NCBI GenBank assembly: GCA_010909165.1
Contig: VJWM01000044.1
Span: 248,001-312,000, forward strand
Source of the DNA: Anthoceros angustus
Lineage: Eukaryota > Plantae > Anthocerotophyta
Direction of reading: 5' to 3'
Length of the DNA stretch: 64,000 bases
Both the position numbers and the translations under genes were made by a program. Below the pieces are notes generated by a model that did no database searches, had not been told where the DNA came from, and was given only the letters and a program-made list of their open reading frames with translations. Of this stretch, positions 39,030 to 51,519 are shown in pieces (position 1 is the first letter of the stretch; each line of letters starts with the position of its first letter).

Positions 39030-39245
39030 AGTTTGGTCTTAAGTAGGGGAAATCGCGGTGTGAACCGGGGGTCCACAGGCCCGTGGTAGGCTCTTCTTCT
39101 TGAGGCGGGACACAATTGTGTTGTGTCGTTGTAGGTGAGTTTGGTCTTAAGTAGGGACGAAATCGCGGTGTGAACCGGGGGTCCTGAGGCGCCCGTGGTA
39201 GGCTCCTTCCTTGAGGCGGGACCCATAATTGTTTTGTGTCGTTGT
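39030..39245 (+). repeat. Tandem duplication, ~110-bp unit x2 (also at 61740-61950)
   Basis: GTCTTAAGTAGGG(G/AC)GAAATCGCGGTGTGAACCGGGGGTCC...CCCGTGGTAGGCTC occurs twice. Confidence 0.85.
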
Positions 39246-39329
39246 GGGTCGGGGTTGGCGATTTTCGAGCGGTGCAAGAGTGCGTGAGAGAGAGTAGTGG
39301 GCGCCTTGTTGAGAAGGGTGAGAGTGTGC

Positions 39330-39595
39330 GGTGGCGATTGGTGACCACAAGGCCTCGAACTTTCACACAAGTCTCATGGGACGAAACCCAGCGTCTGAGC
39401 GGCAGTGGGATAAGTGTGGCCGCTATAGTGGGAGGACAGGAGTGCCCAGTTCTCCCTACCACAGCACACACTTCCTACCCTAGAAATTGCCAAGTGGGAC
39501 CAAGACAATGCCATAGCGGTAGCGATGCCTCGTAGGACTCGGTGATCTTGTCCCGGATGTTGAGTTCTACAACTCGGCCGATGAGATCCGGGGTG
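39330..39595 (+). pseudogene. Copia gag N-terminal fragment, truncated
   Basis: AIVGGQECPVLPT...EIAKWDQDNAIAVAM...LVPDVEFYNSADEI matches 62030-62290, which continues into a recognisable Copia gag. Confidence 0.7.
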
Positions 39596-40857
39596 CCATG
39601 TGACCCTATATGCACTCCAAGTGCGCTGATGGCCACGAAGCATAAGCGCACAAGGGCCCGCAATGGGGTGCTATGTGACTCCAGTGCGCGCCCAAGTGCG
39701 CGCCCTGGTGCATCTCCGAGCACCTGATACACGACATGGTGCCATCAGAAAAAATCTTGGGAAGCTATAATCATCCTGGTCCACATACCTTGTCACTTGT
39801 CATAGCTGCGTCCAGTCCACTACGCAGATCTTGAGTATTGCATCGCCTTGGAATCAGCTTGTCCGCACTCAAGACTAGCAGGCGATGACAGTTAGAATTC
39901 TTCACAAAGAACTTCTCCTTCATTGTGCATACAGCTTCATTGACAATCGAATTCTCGGACTTCATACTTCCAAGCCCATAGAATGTACAACTACAATCTG
40001 CGTCTCAACGCATCCATATACCCGTTTCACCCGTAGGCGAATGGGATCAAAATTCTGTTGGGTGGAGTCCATTCCTTCTTCATGGATGCACCATTCCTTG
40101 TCCAGTAGCCCCTGTTCTGATAGATCATTGCAAATTTCAGTCAAGCCATTCTTCTCAGCCGTAGTGAAAGGATTCTCCAAAGTGGTCCATTGGCACAATC
40201 CCGATATCATCGAACAATGTTGATGCGCTGTCATCAAGCAGCCCTGATGCTCCCTTGCTTTGCCTAGAGGCCTTGTTGTGATGGCCCTTGGAAGGCCCAC
40301 TCTTCCCATCGATACTCCTTGTGGGCAGTCGACTTTCTGGCGTGTGGTGCGGATGTTGGTTGGTCATGATCACCACCCGCACCTCCTCCTGCTGCAATCC
40401 TCCGTTCCGGAAGCTCGTGCCTCGACTGACTTCGCCCTTTTGCGTTTAGGAGGTTTGAGTGGTGGAGGTTCAACCAAGTTGGCGTGTTTTGCACGCACTT
40501 GCCGATATGGGATGGACATACATCCGAAGGTGCACGTGAAGCATTAGAGGAATCGACAAATCTGGACCAAGCAAGGAACAAAGGAAGGTTGAAGGTGTTT
40601 TGATTTCATGGAACAAGCCAAATTATGGAGCCACAAACCTGCTATTTCTGGTTCTCTTTATATAGTATACACCCAAACCTCAATTACCAAAAATGTCACA
40701 CACGCACAGGCGCCACTAAACTCAATTTCGAAACCGCACCCAAATTGCCTCAATCGCGGTTCCTGCACCGCCAAAACGCCCCGGTCTCCCCGCCCAAAAA
40801 GCGAGACCATCGACTCACCTGCACAACGCGGATCTTGCCTGCATGTCAAAAGCAAAC

Positions 40858-40960
40858 CGAGGGTGCCTGCCGGACACAAGCGCCACAAGCAAACGCGCAC
40901 CAAGGGTGCCTGCCGGACACAAGCTCACACCAAGGGTGGCTGCCACAAGAAAGCGCGCAC
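40858..40960 (+). repeat. Short imperfect tandem repeats
   Basis: GGGTGCCTGCCGGACACAAGC x2 and CACCAAGGGTG(C/G)CTGCC x2. Confidence 0.7.
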
Positions 40961-43900
40961 CGGGGTTCTGGAACCTGGCGCTGGGTGGCTGCCACAAGAT
41001 AGCGCACCCCCGTGGGTGCTGACACGGCGGCGCCGAAAGTGCTAGCCCGGCTCCGCTGCACACCGAGATGGGCGCACACACACCTGATCGCGGCGTCTAG
41101 AATCAACAGATGCGTCTGACACTCCACCAACTCACGGATGCTTGCTCGCTCTTGCTCACAGCCGATTGCAGCTCTCTTCCTCTTGTTGTCGCGGTTCCCA
41201 GCTGATCTAATCCGTACTCCTCTTCCTCCTGCAATCCGGATTCCTCTCGGACATGAAAACGCGCGCTGCCGGCTCACTTGTACCCAACTTTGTTTGTTTC
41301 CAGGGCACAATCTTGTGCGCGCCGAGAAGTTAACCCCTGGCTTGCCTAACCACGGGTTAACTAACTGCGGGTTGAAGGTTAACTCTAGGTTTCCGTTATA
41401 GCCTTTATTTCAAGCCGAACGTTCGGTAATTAACATTGGCGGCTACTATAACGGGTTAAACCTGCCACCATAATCATCTATGGATATTTTAAGGTTCAAA
41501 CGAAGATGGACAAGCTGCAAAATCTGAGCTCTTCTTCCTCTCGAGTTGCTTGACATTATTGCGAAGTTTGAAGAGCTATCGAAATGCACGCTTCTCCAAC
41601 CTACTCTTGCGGTAGTCCGGGCGATTGGAAGGCCATAGCGGCAATGATGGGCGAGTCTGGCGATGTATCACGCATGGATGTTTTGCGGTGGGCCTGCGCC
41701 CGTGATGCGTCGTCGCGGAAGGTGGAGAAGGTGACAATCATGGACACCACTCCGAGCATGGAAGGCATCGGAAGGTCTCGTAATCGATACAACTCCGTTG
41801 GAGAAGGAGAGAATGTAGGCCAAGGATTACGGAGACCACGCCAATTCGAGGGATTAGGAATGTTTGAAGATGGGCAGCGGCGGTGAAATTGTTTCTTCAT
41901 CGCTCCATGGAGGTCGGGAATGATGGTACTGAATTATGCAGGAATGAGGATGCAGGCACAGAACACCACGGCGGTAGCATCCGAGGCCGAGCCATTGCGA
42001 AGCGTCAGTGAACATTGCGGTGAAGCGTAGACATTATCACGCCGGAGAATGAGGACCATGAAGGCATGCGGCATTGAGGAAATACATAGCATGGTCTTAG
42101 CATTCTTTGTATGATTTGTTTGCAATTGGGAAAGAAGAATATAACGGTGTTTCGGCATAGGGGTTTGTCTCGAACCCCATTTGGCTAACCATCGAAATGC
42201 ACATGTCTCATTTCACTTTGTTTTCGATTTGCGAACCCAATGCATCCGAGCCCAAGAAGACCTAATGTGCCACCGTCACAAATGCGGACACACCTTTGTA
42301 CCAAGTGGCGGATGATGGCGCACTTATGCTCAAAATGAGTGCGAGCGTCAGCCTTATACTCAAGAGGTGCAATACGGGTTTGGAGAGGGTTGCGTCAATA
42401 CTTGTGTAAGCACTTTCGTTCAAGTTGCTTGTGCACACTTGCCACACCAACACTCACATCAATTCTCTTTTCAAACCCGTGATTGAGCAATCCGGACGGC
42501 GGCATACCACATCGACTGGCCCCTCGTGTCGAGATAAGCCGCGCAGATCTGCATTGGGCCCGAGGGTGGACAAGGTAAAGGATGGTGAGGCCTCCTCAAC
42601 CGTTCTTGATCAAACTCTTCGTAGCTTACATTTCTTCTTGTCAAGTCCGCATCGCTTTCAACCTTAATCTATCCATGGGTGGCACATGGAGCAAGTCGAT
42701 CTTAAATTCAAAATCTCATGGCGAAGCTTGGCTATAGTTCTGCCTCGAACACCTAGCACCACACCGTAGTGGGCGCCACAGGTATAGACAGTCCTCCTTC
42801 GAGCCTCACAAATACTCAGCCATTTGGTCAAAACCCCACCGGGCGACTAGCCCTCTTTCTGATACTCACTGGCTCTCACTAGGGCTCGCAGCCAGCAGAT
42901 GCTCTCTTATACTTGTGTTCGATCGCATTACTCAAGGAAAATCATCTATTCTATTTATTTTCTCTCGCAAAACATTGTGAAACATTGTCGCCTTCAAAAG
43001 GTTGGCCATTAGAAACCACCATCATACATGTCGAATTTTGGAAAATGTAGCTCATCTAGAAACCAAGGCCTATGCATCTATACGTGCATCAAACTCGAAT
43101 GAGCGGACATTTGGCACAATCAAAGAGATCCACCGCAAGTCATAAGGGGCACATAGAGTAAGGCCAAAAGGTTTTACATGTTGTATACAAAGCGAATGTG
43201 GGAATATAACATCAACCAACAAATGATTTTCAAAATAATATTCATGACTTTACGCCTAGATACCGGATGATTTACAAATTTTTCAAACCACTAAAATCAA
43301 CACTCCATCCTATTGATACGCCTAGGTTGATTGTTACACCCTAGGTTGCTTAACAAGAGTTGTTACAAAGTTTTCAAAGCGCCAAAACAAGCAACCATCC
43401 TAGTACTAATCCGACCCAAGAGTGCTTATAACGAGTTCTAAAGCACCAAAGTCAAGCACCCCATCCGGTATCGATCCGACCGGGTGCTTAACCTTGGAGT
43501 TCTTACCATGTCTATCCACCTAGAGCGGATACAAGAGAATACAAACAATATATAGACATTTCCGGACGTCCGCGATCCACTCCACCATTTCCATCTCCGA
43601 CGCCCACAAGATTGGGGTCTCAAAATGCGCCGGACGCCCCAGGGCTTTAGACTCGCCAATGTGCCGAACGTCCGCATTGCTCCAATTCCTTCTATGTTTT
43701 CACTCTAACAATGGAGATCCTGGTTGTGTACACCGTACGCCCAGCTACTTTTAGAGTCGTAGTTTGGTCCTCTCGAGATGGCCATGATCGCTATCGGTTA
43801 ATGTTCTCACACCGGACGTCCGCAGCTGTTTTTTTCGCATGAATTGCTACTTTTGTTGCGCGACGTAGCTTTGGCTTGCTGGACTAATTTTGTTTGGTTT

Positions 43901-44109
43901 GCACTGCTCACCCCGCTAGAAGTACTATCGTCATGAAGAGGTGTTTAGGATTCCTAGCACCGTTAAAAATCCTTGAAATCCTTCCTTGTGAAGGTGAAAA
44001 TGAACCTTCTTCGGCTTAAACCCATTAGCGTAAGTATTCACGAGAAAATAACATGGTCAATGTCTTTCAAGACATGTCTAAAGAGTGGTTTTGCTAAAGA
44101 TGATGCATT

Positions 44110-46117
44110 TTGGCCTGCGGGTCATTTTGGTCTTTAGGGACCCAAACCCCTTTAATGAAGAATAACCCTATGTCGAGAGACGCCGTTTATAGAGCACGAG
44201 ATATCGCTTCTTGGGATTGCCTCGAGAAAAAGGAAATATATTTGCAAGGATTGCTCGAGGTAGAACAAGCAAACTCTACTGGTCGCAATGTTCTCAATTT
44301 TCTCCTGGGAGACAGCAGGTTGCAATGTTGTGTACGAAGTTTCAGAAAAGTGTTCTGCATTGGATGGCGAAGGTATGAACATTTGAAACAGAGAGTACTA
44401 ACGAACACACCATGGTCATCGGAATTGAAGTTCCAAGGACGCCCAACTGAAGATCATGTTCTGGAATGCATTGCTTGGATGGAAAAGTTTTTCAAGCTAA
44501 CAGCTGAACGAATGCCCAATGTTTCAGTTTTCAACTTGCCAGATTCATATACCAAAGGAGAGATATTCCAGGACTACAAACGGGAGGTTTCAAGAGCTGG
44601 TTTGACTAACGTCTCTCATTCTCACTTTGTGCCTTATGGAAGAAACATTTTCCAAAAGTGAAGATACCAAAGTGTAGCCGTTTTTCAAAATGCGTCCAAT
44701 GCGAAGCGTTGAAGACGACCATCGAGATGACCCAGCAAGCAAGAACAAGGTATTTCATATCCGAGTTTCCTTTTTGACTTCCATGGAATCATGAGCACTC
44801 AAGCGCCGTCGCTTGTTCGCCCACTGCGTGCCTGTGCGCGCGAGTGGAACCCAGTCGTGCTGGCCCGCACGGATGCACTAAGCTCGGCATACGCGGTGCG
44901 GCGCGCCTTGCGCACCCAGAGTGCGTCTGTGCGCGACCCGGCGTCTTGCGCACGTGCGCCGCAGTCGTCTTGTGGCGCCCCGCACCGTCGTCCATGCGAC
45001 GTCGCGGCCGTCGGTCGCCATGCGGGTCTGCGCGGTCCAATGAAAGGACATGTGATCCAACCGTGATCCATTGTCTCCATGAGTCCATGAGCGGCACATC
45101 TTCGTGAACATCGGTCGGCGATCAAGCGGGGCGACTAAAACTTGCAAAACATCGTTTGAAGTGTAAAGGCCAACCGAGCAAATACATTGGAATGGCGATA
45201 GGCAGGATGGACCAAAGCAAGGCGACTCCACATTTTCTGCCCTCAAAGGTTTTGCGGATGGTCTCATTCGGGTCCATGTTGTGGGTTGTTTGGTATACAA
45301 CAACATTATGAAGACCGGTGTTTGAACTTCCGAATATTGAACGGCAGCCAACAACTATTCATATCATCCGGGATGTTATTCTCACCTATGAGAGACAGTT
45401 ACGCGAGCGTTTTACTTGCAAGCTGGACAACACGGCGGAGAAAACAAGAATATGTTGTTGTTTGCAAGTATGCTTGTCGAGCGGGTCTTGATAAGGTGAA
45501 GGTGGGCTTCCTTCTTGTCGGGCACGCATGATGCGATTGATCAAATGTTCTCATGCTTTTCTAAAAGTCTCGGGCACAAAAAGCAATGTCACTCGAAACC
45601 CTTATGAGTTTGATTCATCGACACCCAATCCGAGTGAAAATGGTTTAGGTGGCGATTTGAGCTTTATGGCCCAATGGGATGGGTAAAGAGGGACACGAGA
45701 TGCGTGATGAAAATTTGCACAATCATAGTTATCGACATCAATTCAAAATTTCAAGGGAAGAAAGAGTGGAACCGTAATATTCTTCGTGGCAAGGGCGCAC
45801 TTTCTACTTGCTCACATTGGGAACCGTTGGAGGGTTTGGAGTTCCTTCGGAGAATACCTGAAACAGATATAAGGGGGGCGCCTTTATGTCCACTTCAACT
45901 GCATGGCAAACCTGTGGACGCAGACCCGCATAAATCATTGAGAGCCATTAGGAAAGCCCTCGAAGAACCGATGCAAAAATATCTATCTGTGGAAGACAAA
46001 GTATGGTGGAACTCGTTCTGGGCATCACAGTCTGATATTTGCGACAAAATCAGAGGAGGAGTCCATCGAGACCTTCAAAAAGCATGGGAGTGGTACAACG
46101 AGGCGGTGGGAACTTAA
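44110..46117 (+). pseudogene. Sola-like DDD transposase, frameshifted, probably with an intron
   Basis: ERMPNVSVFNLPDSYTKGEIFQDY...SHSHF...VKIPKCSRFSKCVQC; LDNTA-ENKNMLLFASMLVER; KVKVGFLLVGH-HDAIDQMFSCFSKSL. A possible GT donor follows ...ACAAG at ~44751. Confidence 0.65.
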
Positions 46118-47367
46118 ATCCGACGTTCAGATGTCTTTGTCATTCGGCGATTCGCGAACCACAACAGCGTCACATGTATCTCGAATTTTAGGCCACGGGG
46201 CCATCGAGTTGGCGAGATTCGATGGGGATGTGTCGAGATCGACGAGGCCATATGATTGCGATCCCATGTGAGGCAGACGATCGAGCAGGCCTTTGGATTG
46301 CAGTGGAAGACTTGGATTTCTTATGTGTGAACCTTACCTAGTTGTCCGGTGGTGGGTGACGAGAATAGCAATGCGTTTGAGGAAGGTACCTACGGAGGAG
46401 ATATTGGCTCCACAGCGGTGATAGAGAGGGTTTGCGACAACGGAGGCGACCAAGCACTGGATCATTGTTGATATCGGAGACATTTATTTTGGTATCTGGG
46501 TTCTCCTTTGCAAGGGATAGCACTCTACAAGTCCGTACCACGGAGCTTATCAAGACAAAGTTGAACTTCAACATCTACCGTGGAAGAAGGTAATAGGGTT
46601 GAAGATAACGAGACCACCAAGTTCGAGAGGAGATGCATTGGAGGAAAATGATTTGACGATGAAAATCCGAAAATAAGGTGGTGTAGTTCAAGCGATGATG
46701 AGACATCCGACTTCGATTCGGCACCAATCGTAACAAGAACCCGCAGCAGCGGAATGACTCTTGGTGCTTTTGAAGGCATGTTTGATGATGATCGGCACAA
46801 GGTCACCGTCGAAGGAGCGGAAACACCGTAGAGGATAGAAAGGTGATAAGGGTATTCTTCGTAGCTTTAGGGCATAGGGTAGATAGATGAGGGTGTGTCT
46901 ATGTGGACGTCCGCCGATTTGTGCAACTTCTTATGTCGTGCAGGCTTCACATCCACAGACCTCGAAGACATATTTCCTCGGTCGAATGATGTATATTTAC
47001 TTTTCGTTTTGCCTTGTGCGCGCTGAGTTTGCGCTGTTTAGGCGGCGCGCCAGCGCGCCTAGCTGGTATACAAAACATAGAACCACACAAATTGCGAAAC
47101 TCTTGACATGCGAAATTATGGAAGAATTCGGTCGACCCCTTCATCGACAAATTATCCATGAACACGAGTGCAAGGCGCCATGATGTGCAAATGACGGACG
47201 AGGAAGTGGTGCCGGAGCCGAGAATGCCCGAATCCGATGTATGAACACCTACAAAACTCAACAAAAACCAACCCAGCTTCGGTTTTGGGCGGAATAGGGT
47301 TGGGATTTTTTCCAAAACCCTTTTTGACAGGAGAAACCCCTTTCAGAACAGACGCTGTTTTTTGACT

Positions 47368-50300
47368 TTATCCGGGTCGACTTCTATCCCCCGGGCAGAA
47401 ATGCGGTGCCCCAACAAAATACCCTCTGGCATGCCGAAATAACATTTCTCGGGATGCACACACAATTAGATGACACCGTTCGACATTTCGAAGGTGGTTG
47501 AGGTGATCTTTCACGCTCAAACACGAAGTCATCAGAAGACCTCCATGAAGTCCCTAAGGTATTCCTTGAAAATCTTGACAAGTCGCATGAAGGATCACGG
47601 TGCCTGTTAATCCGAGCAGCGCTCCGTTTGTAGGCAGCGGTTCCCGATGCTGTAGTGAATTGGTGGCCAATCACTCTCCACGAGATCGGTGATTATACCG
47701 AATACCCATCCGAGCAGGTAGACCATTCTCCCGCAACTAAGTCCGATTATGTTGTCTATGAATGGAGCGGGTAGTGGTCTTTTGGTCACCTTGTTTAACT
47801 TCCTCCAATCTGCGGACCGTATCTTCCCTTACGCTTTTGGGACCACCACAATTGGGGCTACCCACTCCGATGTCACAATAGGATATATGCGTCCGCGCAT
47901 AAGTAAAGCTCCGGTTCCTTTACCTTATTGAATACTTTGGATTTAGCTTGTATTGCGGTATCCGGTGACGCACCGGCTCGAGATCAATCTTGTGCTCCCC
48001 CACTCCTCGGTATACCCTTCATGTAACGTCAAAAGCAAAAACATGGATAAATTCCATGCAAATTTTCATACCCCTTTCCAAGTCTGCATTCATCGTTCGA
48101 AAACTTAAGGACTTTCCGCAACACTTCCACGTCCTTGACCTCATCATCCCACTCTCTTTCTCCAGCGGATGTGATGCGAACCCTTCCTCCATTTGTCTTG
48201 GTTCTCCTTCGCATTCCCCATTCCGGAATAGGTCGTCAGGTAAAGCGTGAGACACCCTCCTCCCTCCAAAGTTTGTCGGATCGTCGTCGCTCGGTTCGAC
48301 CACTACTTCTGTTCCTCGACCTCGACCTTCTCGATCCCACTCTCCTCCATCACCGGGTTGTCAATTGTGTGACTCCATAGCAACCCTAATAGGTTGATGG
48401 AATGGGAATATCTCTCCGTAGTCGTCCTCTTCATCGACCACGAAATATGCGAATGGAATTTCTCCTTCTCATCCTCCCCGGAGGTATCTTGAGGTGTATC
48501 CCTCCGTTTCGTGGGTGTCTCCCTGCGTCAATCTGCTCCAAGTCAAACATATCCTTCCCTCCTTAATTTTGGGTCCCAGTCCAGGTTTGAATCCCACTTC
48601 CTTTCTTGCCCATTTGAAGGTGCAAGCGTGCCCCATACATCCATGTCAATGAGAACCTCATATCCGGCGCTTTTTGTTTAATGACCACGTAGTCCATGAG
48701 AGTGCGGAATGGTACCAATATGGGTTAGGACTCCGTCAACTCCACGGCGCCATTTTGGACATGTCACGCAACACCTTTGTATGTTCTCGCAACCCAAGCT
48801 TAGGCGGTCTCTTACATCATGATGTTGACCCGACCCGGAATCTAGCGGCACCTTCTTGATTACACATCCGCAATTTCTATACGCAGCTCCGGCTCTGGTC
48901 CACCATGGCCACCATATTCCAAGGGTTTGACCTTGGGGTGGAAAGGTTCTCTTCTTGGGTTGTGCCGCCTTCAATGCCCCAGTTCTTTGGCGGTACATGG
49001 ATTGTCCACGAGCTGTCCAAGTTATCATGAACTTTTGGTCCATGATAGCCGCAAATTGAAAGGAACACTGTTTCTCCTTCCAACCCCCCGTTTCAACAAG
49101 CGGTAGCTGATATCGATCGTTGAAGCGGGATGGTGGGTGGGTGATGATGGCCAATGTTGTCGAGGTCATTCGGTTCTTCGGATCATCCATAACCCTTCGA
49201 CGCCATGAAATCCAACTCATCCTTTTTCCTCCGGGTTTTCGCGTTTTAGCCATCGAGTCCACTCCTCCATTTGTCCTCGCACTTCACCCTCGAATCCAGC
49301 GGTCTCGGTTGCTAAGGGAGTTACACAGGTGCCCCCAAAATCGCAATCGCGTTGGGTGCGTTCGTGCCTTGCTCCCGTCCATTGGATTCGCATGCCCTCC
49401 CTTTTTTTCTCATCCAAGTCCCTCGTCGGCATTTGTGGTTGGACTTCTCTTCCTTCCTTTGATGAAGCGCCTCTTCCTCCTCACTTGCGGACGTTATGGG
49501 CTCCCACTCCTTCTTCTTTCTCTTTTCCCCCGTTCCCCTTCTTAGGGTGTCGCCTTCCTCTCGCTCCGCGTTCGAGCGACCATGGCGAGTTCATAATACC
49601 CATCCATCCCCAACCCTTCCGGGCTCCTCGACAGCTCGGAATCCTCCCATCTGACCATGGCGCATCTTGACTTGCATTGCGGCAGCGCAGGCTTTCTTTG
49701 TATGGGGGGTGGGGCCGTAAGGAGGTTGAGCGATCCTCACATGTTTCTTTGGTGTCTGCGGAGGGCACCCGCTCGTGACTGATTGCTTGCAATCCACACG
49801 ACCTTTCAAAATCACCATTCCACAGGCGAGATGCGGAGGGGCATCCAGCAAGATGCGAACCCTCGGCAATTGTAACAGATGGCACTCATCATTTGCGGGT
49901 TTCTTGCCATCGATGCGAATACCCATACATGAGGTTTCGTAAACTTGAGGTATAAGTCTTTGGGTACCCAGAAATCGGCGTCGCCTCTTGGATTTGGTAT
50001 GTATCTTCCAAGCACATCTCTTCCTCGTCCTCCTCGTAGCCAGTTGCACTTTTGTTTGTGGGACCTCGAGTGCCCTGTCCACAAGTTGAGCGAAGAGATT
50101 GGCGCTCTGTAGCAACCCTTCTCTATCGTGGTCCTTGATGGCATTAAGATGGAGTTTCTCGTTTGACCATCATTTCCTCCATCTTGTTCCCTTGTTGCTC
50201 CACCTTTTTGCTGCTTTTCCACCTCTCTTCTCACACTCCGCGTCCTTCCTTGCATATAGCTCCTTCCCTTTTGCACGTCGTCTTGTTTCCCCATTTTTCT

Positions 50301-51490
50301 TCCCCCTTCTTTTATCCCTTGCGCTCATCTCAGAATTCTCCTCCATCCTCATTGGTCTCTTCTTCCGTGGAGCTACGAGAGTCTCTTGAAAACTATCTCC
50401 TCCGTGGGCATCGGAGGGCGAATAGTACTTCTTCTTCTTGTATTTCTTTTTGTCCTTGCCCTTGTTGAGTTCTTCTTCTCTTCCGCGTTGGACTCCTCAT
50501 AGTTGAGGCGGCTTTGATTTATCGATCCAAATCTTTCTCGGCGTACGTGTCTTCCCATCTCGCGCCCAATCCTCTTGCAAACCAGCGGTTGCCATTAGCT
50601 CAGTGAGGACGGCCCGGTCCGTGGAACCTTTCCACATAAGCCTGCAGGGTCTCCTTCTTCCCTCTCCGCAATCCCTCGAGTTTGGACAGGACATACCCTT
50701 CCACATCGACCCCTCTGAACCTTTCGCAAAAAGCTCTCTTCAAGGCCCCAAAGGTGGCTAGGGGTGTGGAAGAAGCTATGTACTCCCGTACCACTTGGCC
50801 GCCGCTCGTAAGACCCCATAAAGCAATTTGGGCACGATCGCATCCTCACGGTTGTGGCGTCGGCTGCTCAAAAGCCTCGACAAACTCGTCGGGATCCTCA
50901 TGGCCCTTCTTTTCTCCATACAGCGGGTAAGATTGCTTAGTAGTAACAAGCGAGATCTTGGCCATAACTACCGTGGTAGTACTTTCCATGCGGTAGTTGG
51001 CCCGTCTGGTGACCTCACATTCCGAGTTTGGGGACGCGGTGATCTAGGCAATGTGGGCGAGATCAAAGACAAGGTGGGATCGGGTACGGCCTTGTACCGT
51101 TTCGTCGAGTTGGGAATCTCGGATAAGATCCGATCCCTCGAGTGACTCCTGCCCCTCTTCCTCGTCCGCGTGTGATCTCGCTGCGCCCTCCTCGTAACTC
51201 TGCAATCTTTCCGCTTGGCGTTGCCGTCTTGCGAGCGTTTCCCCCGGATCGGAATCGCTTGTCTCCACCGAGGCATCCATCTATCAATCTAGTAATGCTA
51301 GACTCTACTTAAGCTATGGTTAGTTCTACCTCGTCCTTGACGATTCATTCCCGCAGCGGCGCCAAAATGTGGTGTAAACTCGTGTCGAGACAGTGAGGTC
51401 CACATTCACCCTCAATGTCGTTGTAGTCACAGGATTCGCTCCCAAGGGAATGGTTTGTGCGAGGCGCTATCTTCTATCACTACCGACCTT
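47368..51490 (-). mobile_element. 5' half of an Athila-like Gypsy (family B): LTR fragment, PBS, gag, protease, RT; truncated
   Basis: LTR end at 51368; gag from 51280 with FGALKRAFCERFRG...LEGLRRGKKETLQAYVERF; VPLDSGSG (protease); degenerate RT ending IEVDPDKV at ~47368. Confidence 0.85.
51348..51364 (-). promoter_or_regulatory. Primer-binding site, tRNA-Asp-like (Athila type)
   Basis: TGGCGCCGCTGCGGGAA, 3 nt after the LTR end ...CACCACA. It resembles the Athila PBS TGGCGCCGTTGCCGGGGA. Confidence 0.8.
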
Positions 51491-51519
51491 TGCCTAAGTC
51501 GGGGCTTACTGCTACCCTG

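Larger units (their letters stand above)
28770..39595 (+). repeat. Copy 1 of a ~10.8-kb direct segmental repeat
   Basis: Colinear with 51520-62290 throughout (e.g. 29400-29720 vs 52050-52380; 38287-38403 vs 61000-61119). Ends are approximate. Confidence 0.92.

Noticed and set aside
39600-40310. Ulp1-like cysteine protease
   Set aside because: Only a vague resemblance. The catalytic His-Trp and Gln...Cys motifs could not be placed in consistent frames.
6745-51490. LTRs at 6745-7691 and 51368 onward as the two ends of one element
   Set aside because: They are visibly diverged, and the 51368 LTR lies inside the TSD-bounded 39-kb unit while the other lies outside. Same family, different insertions.
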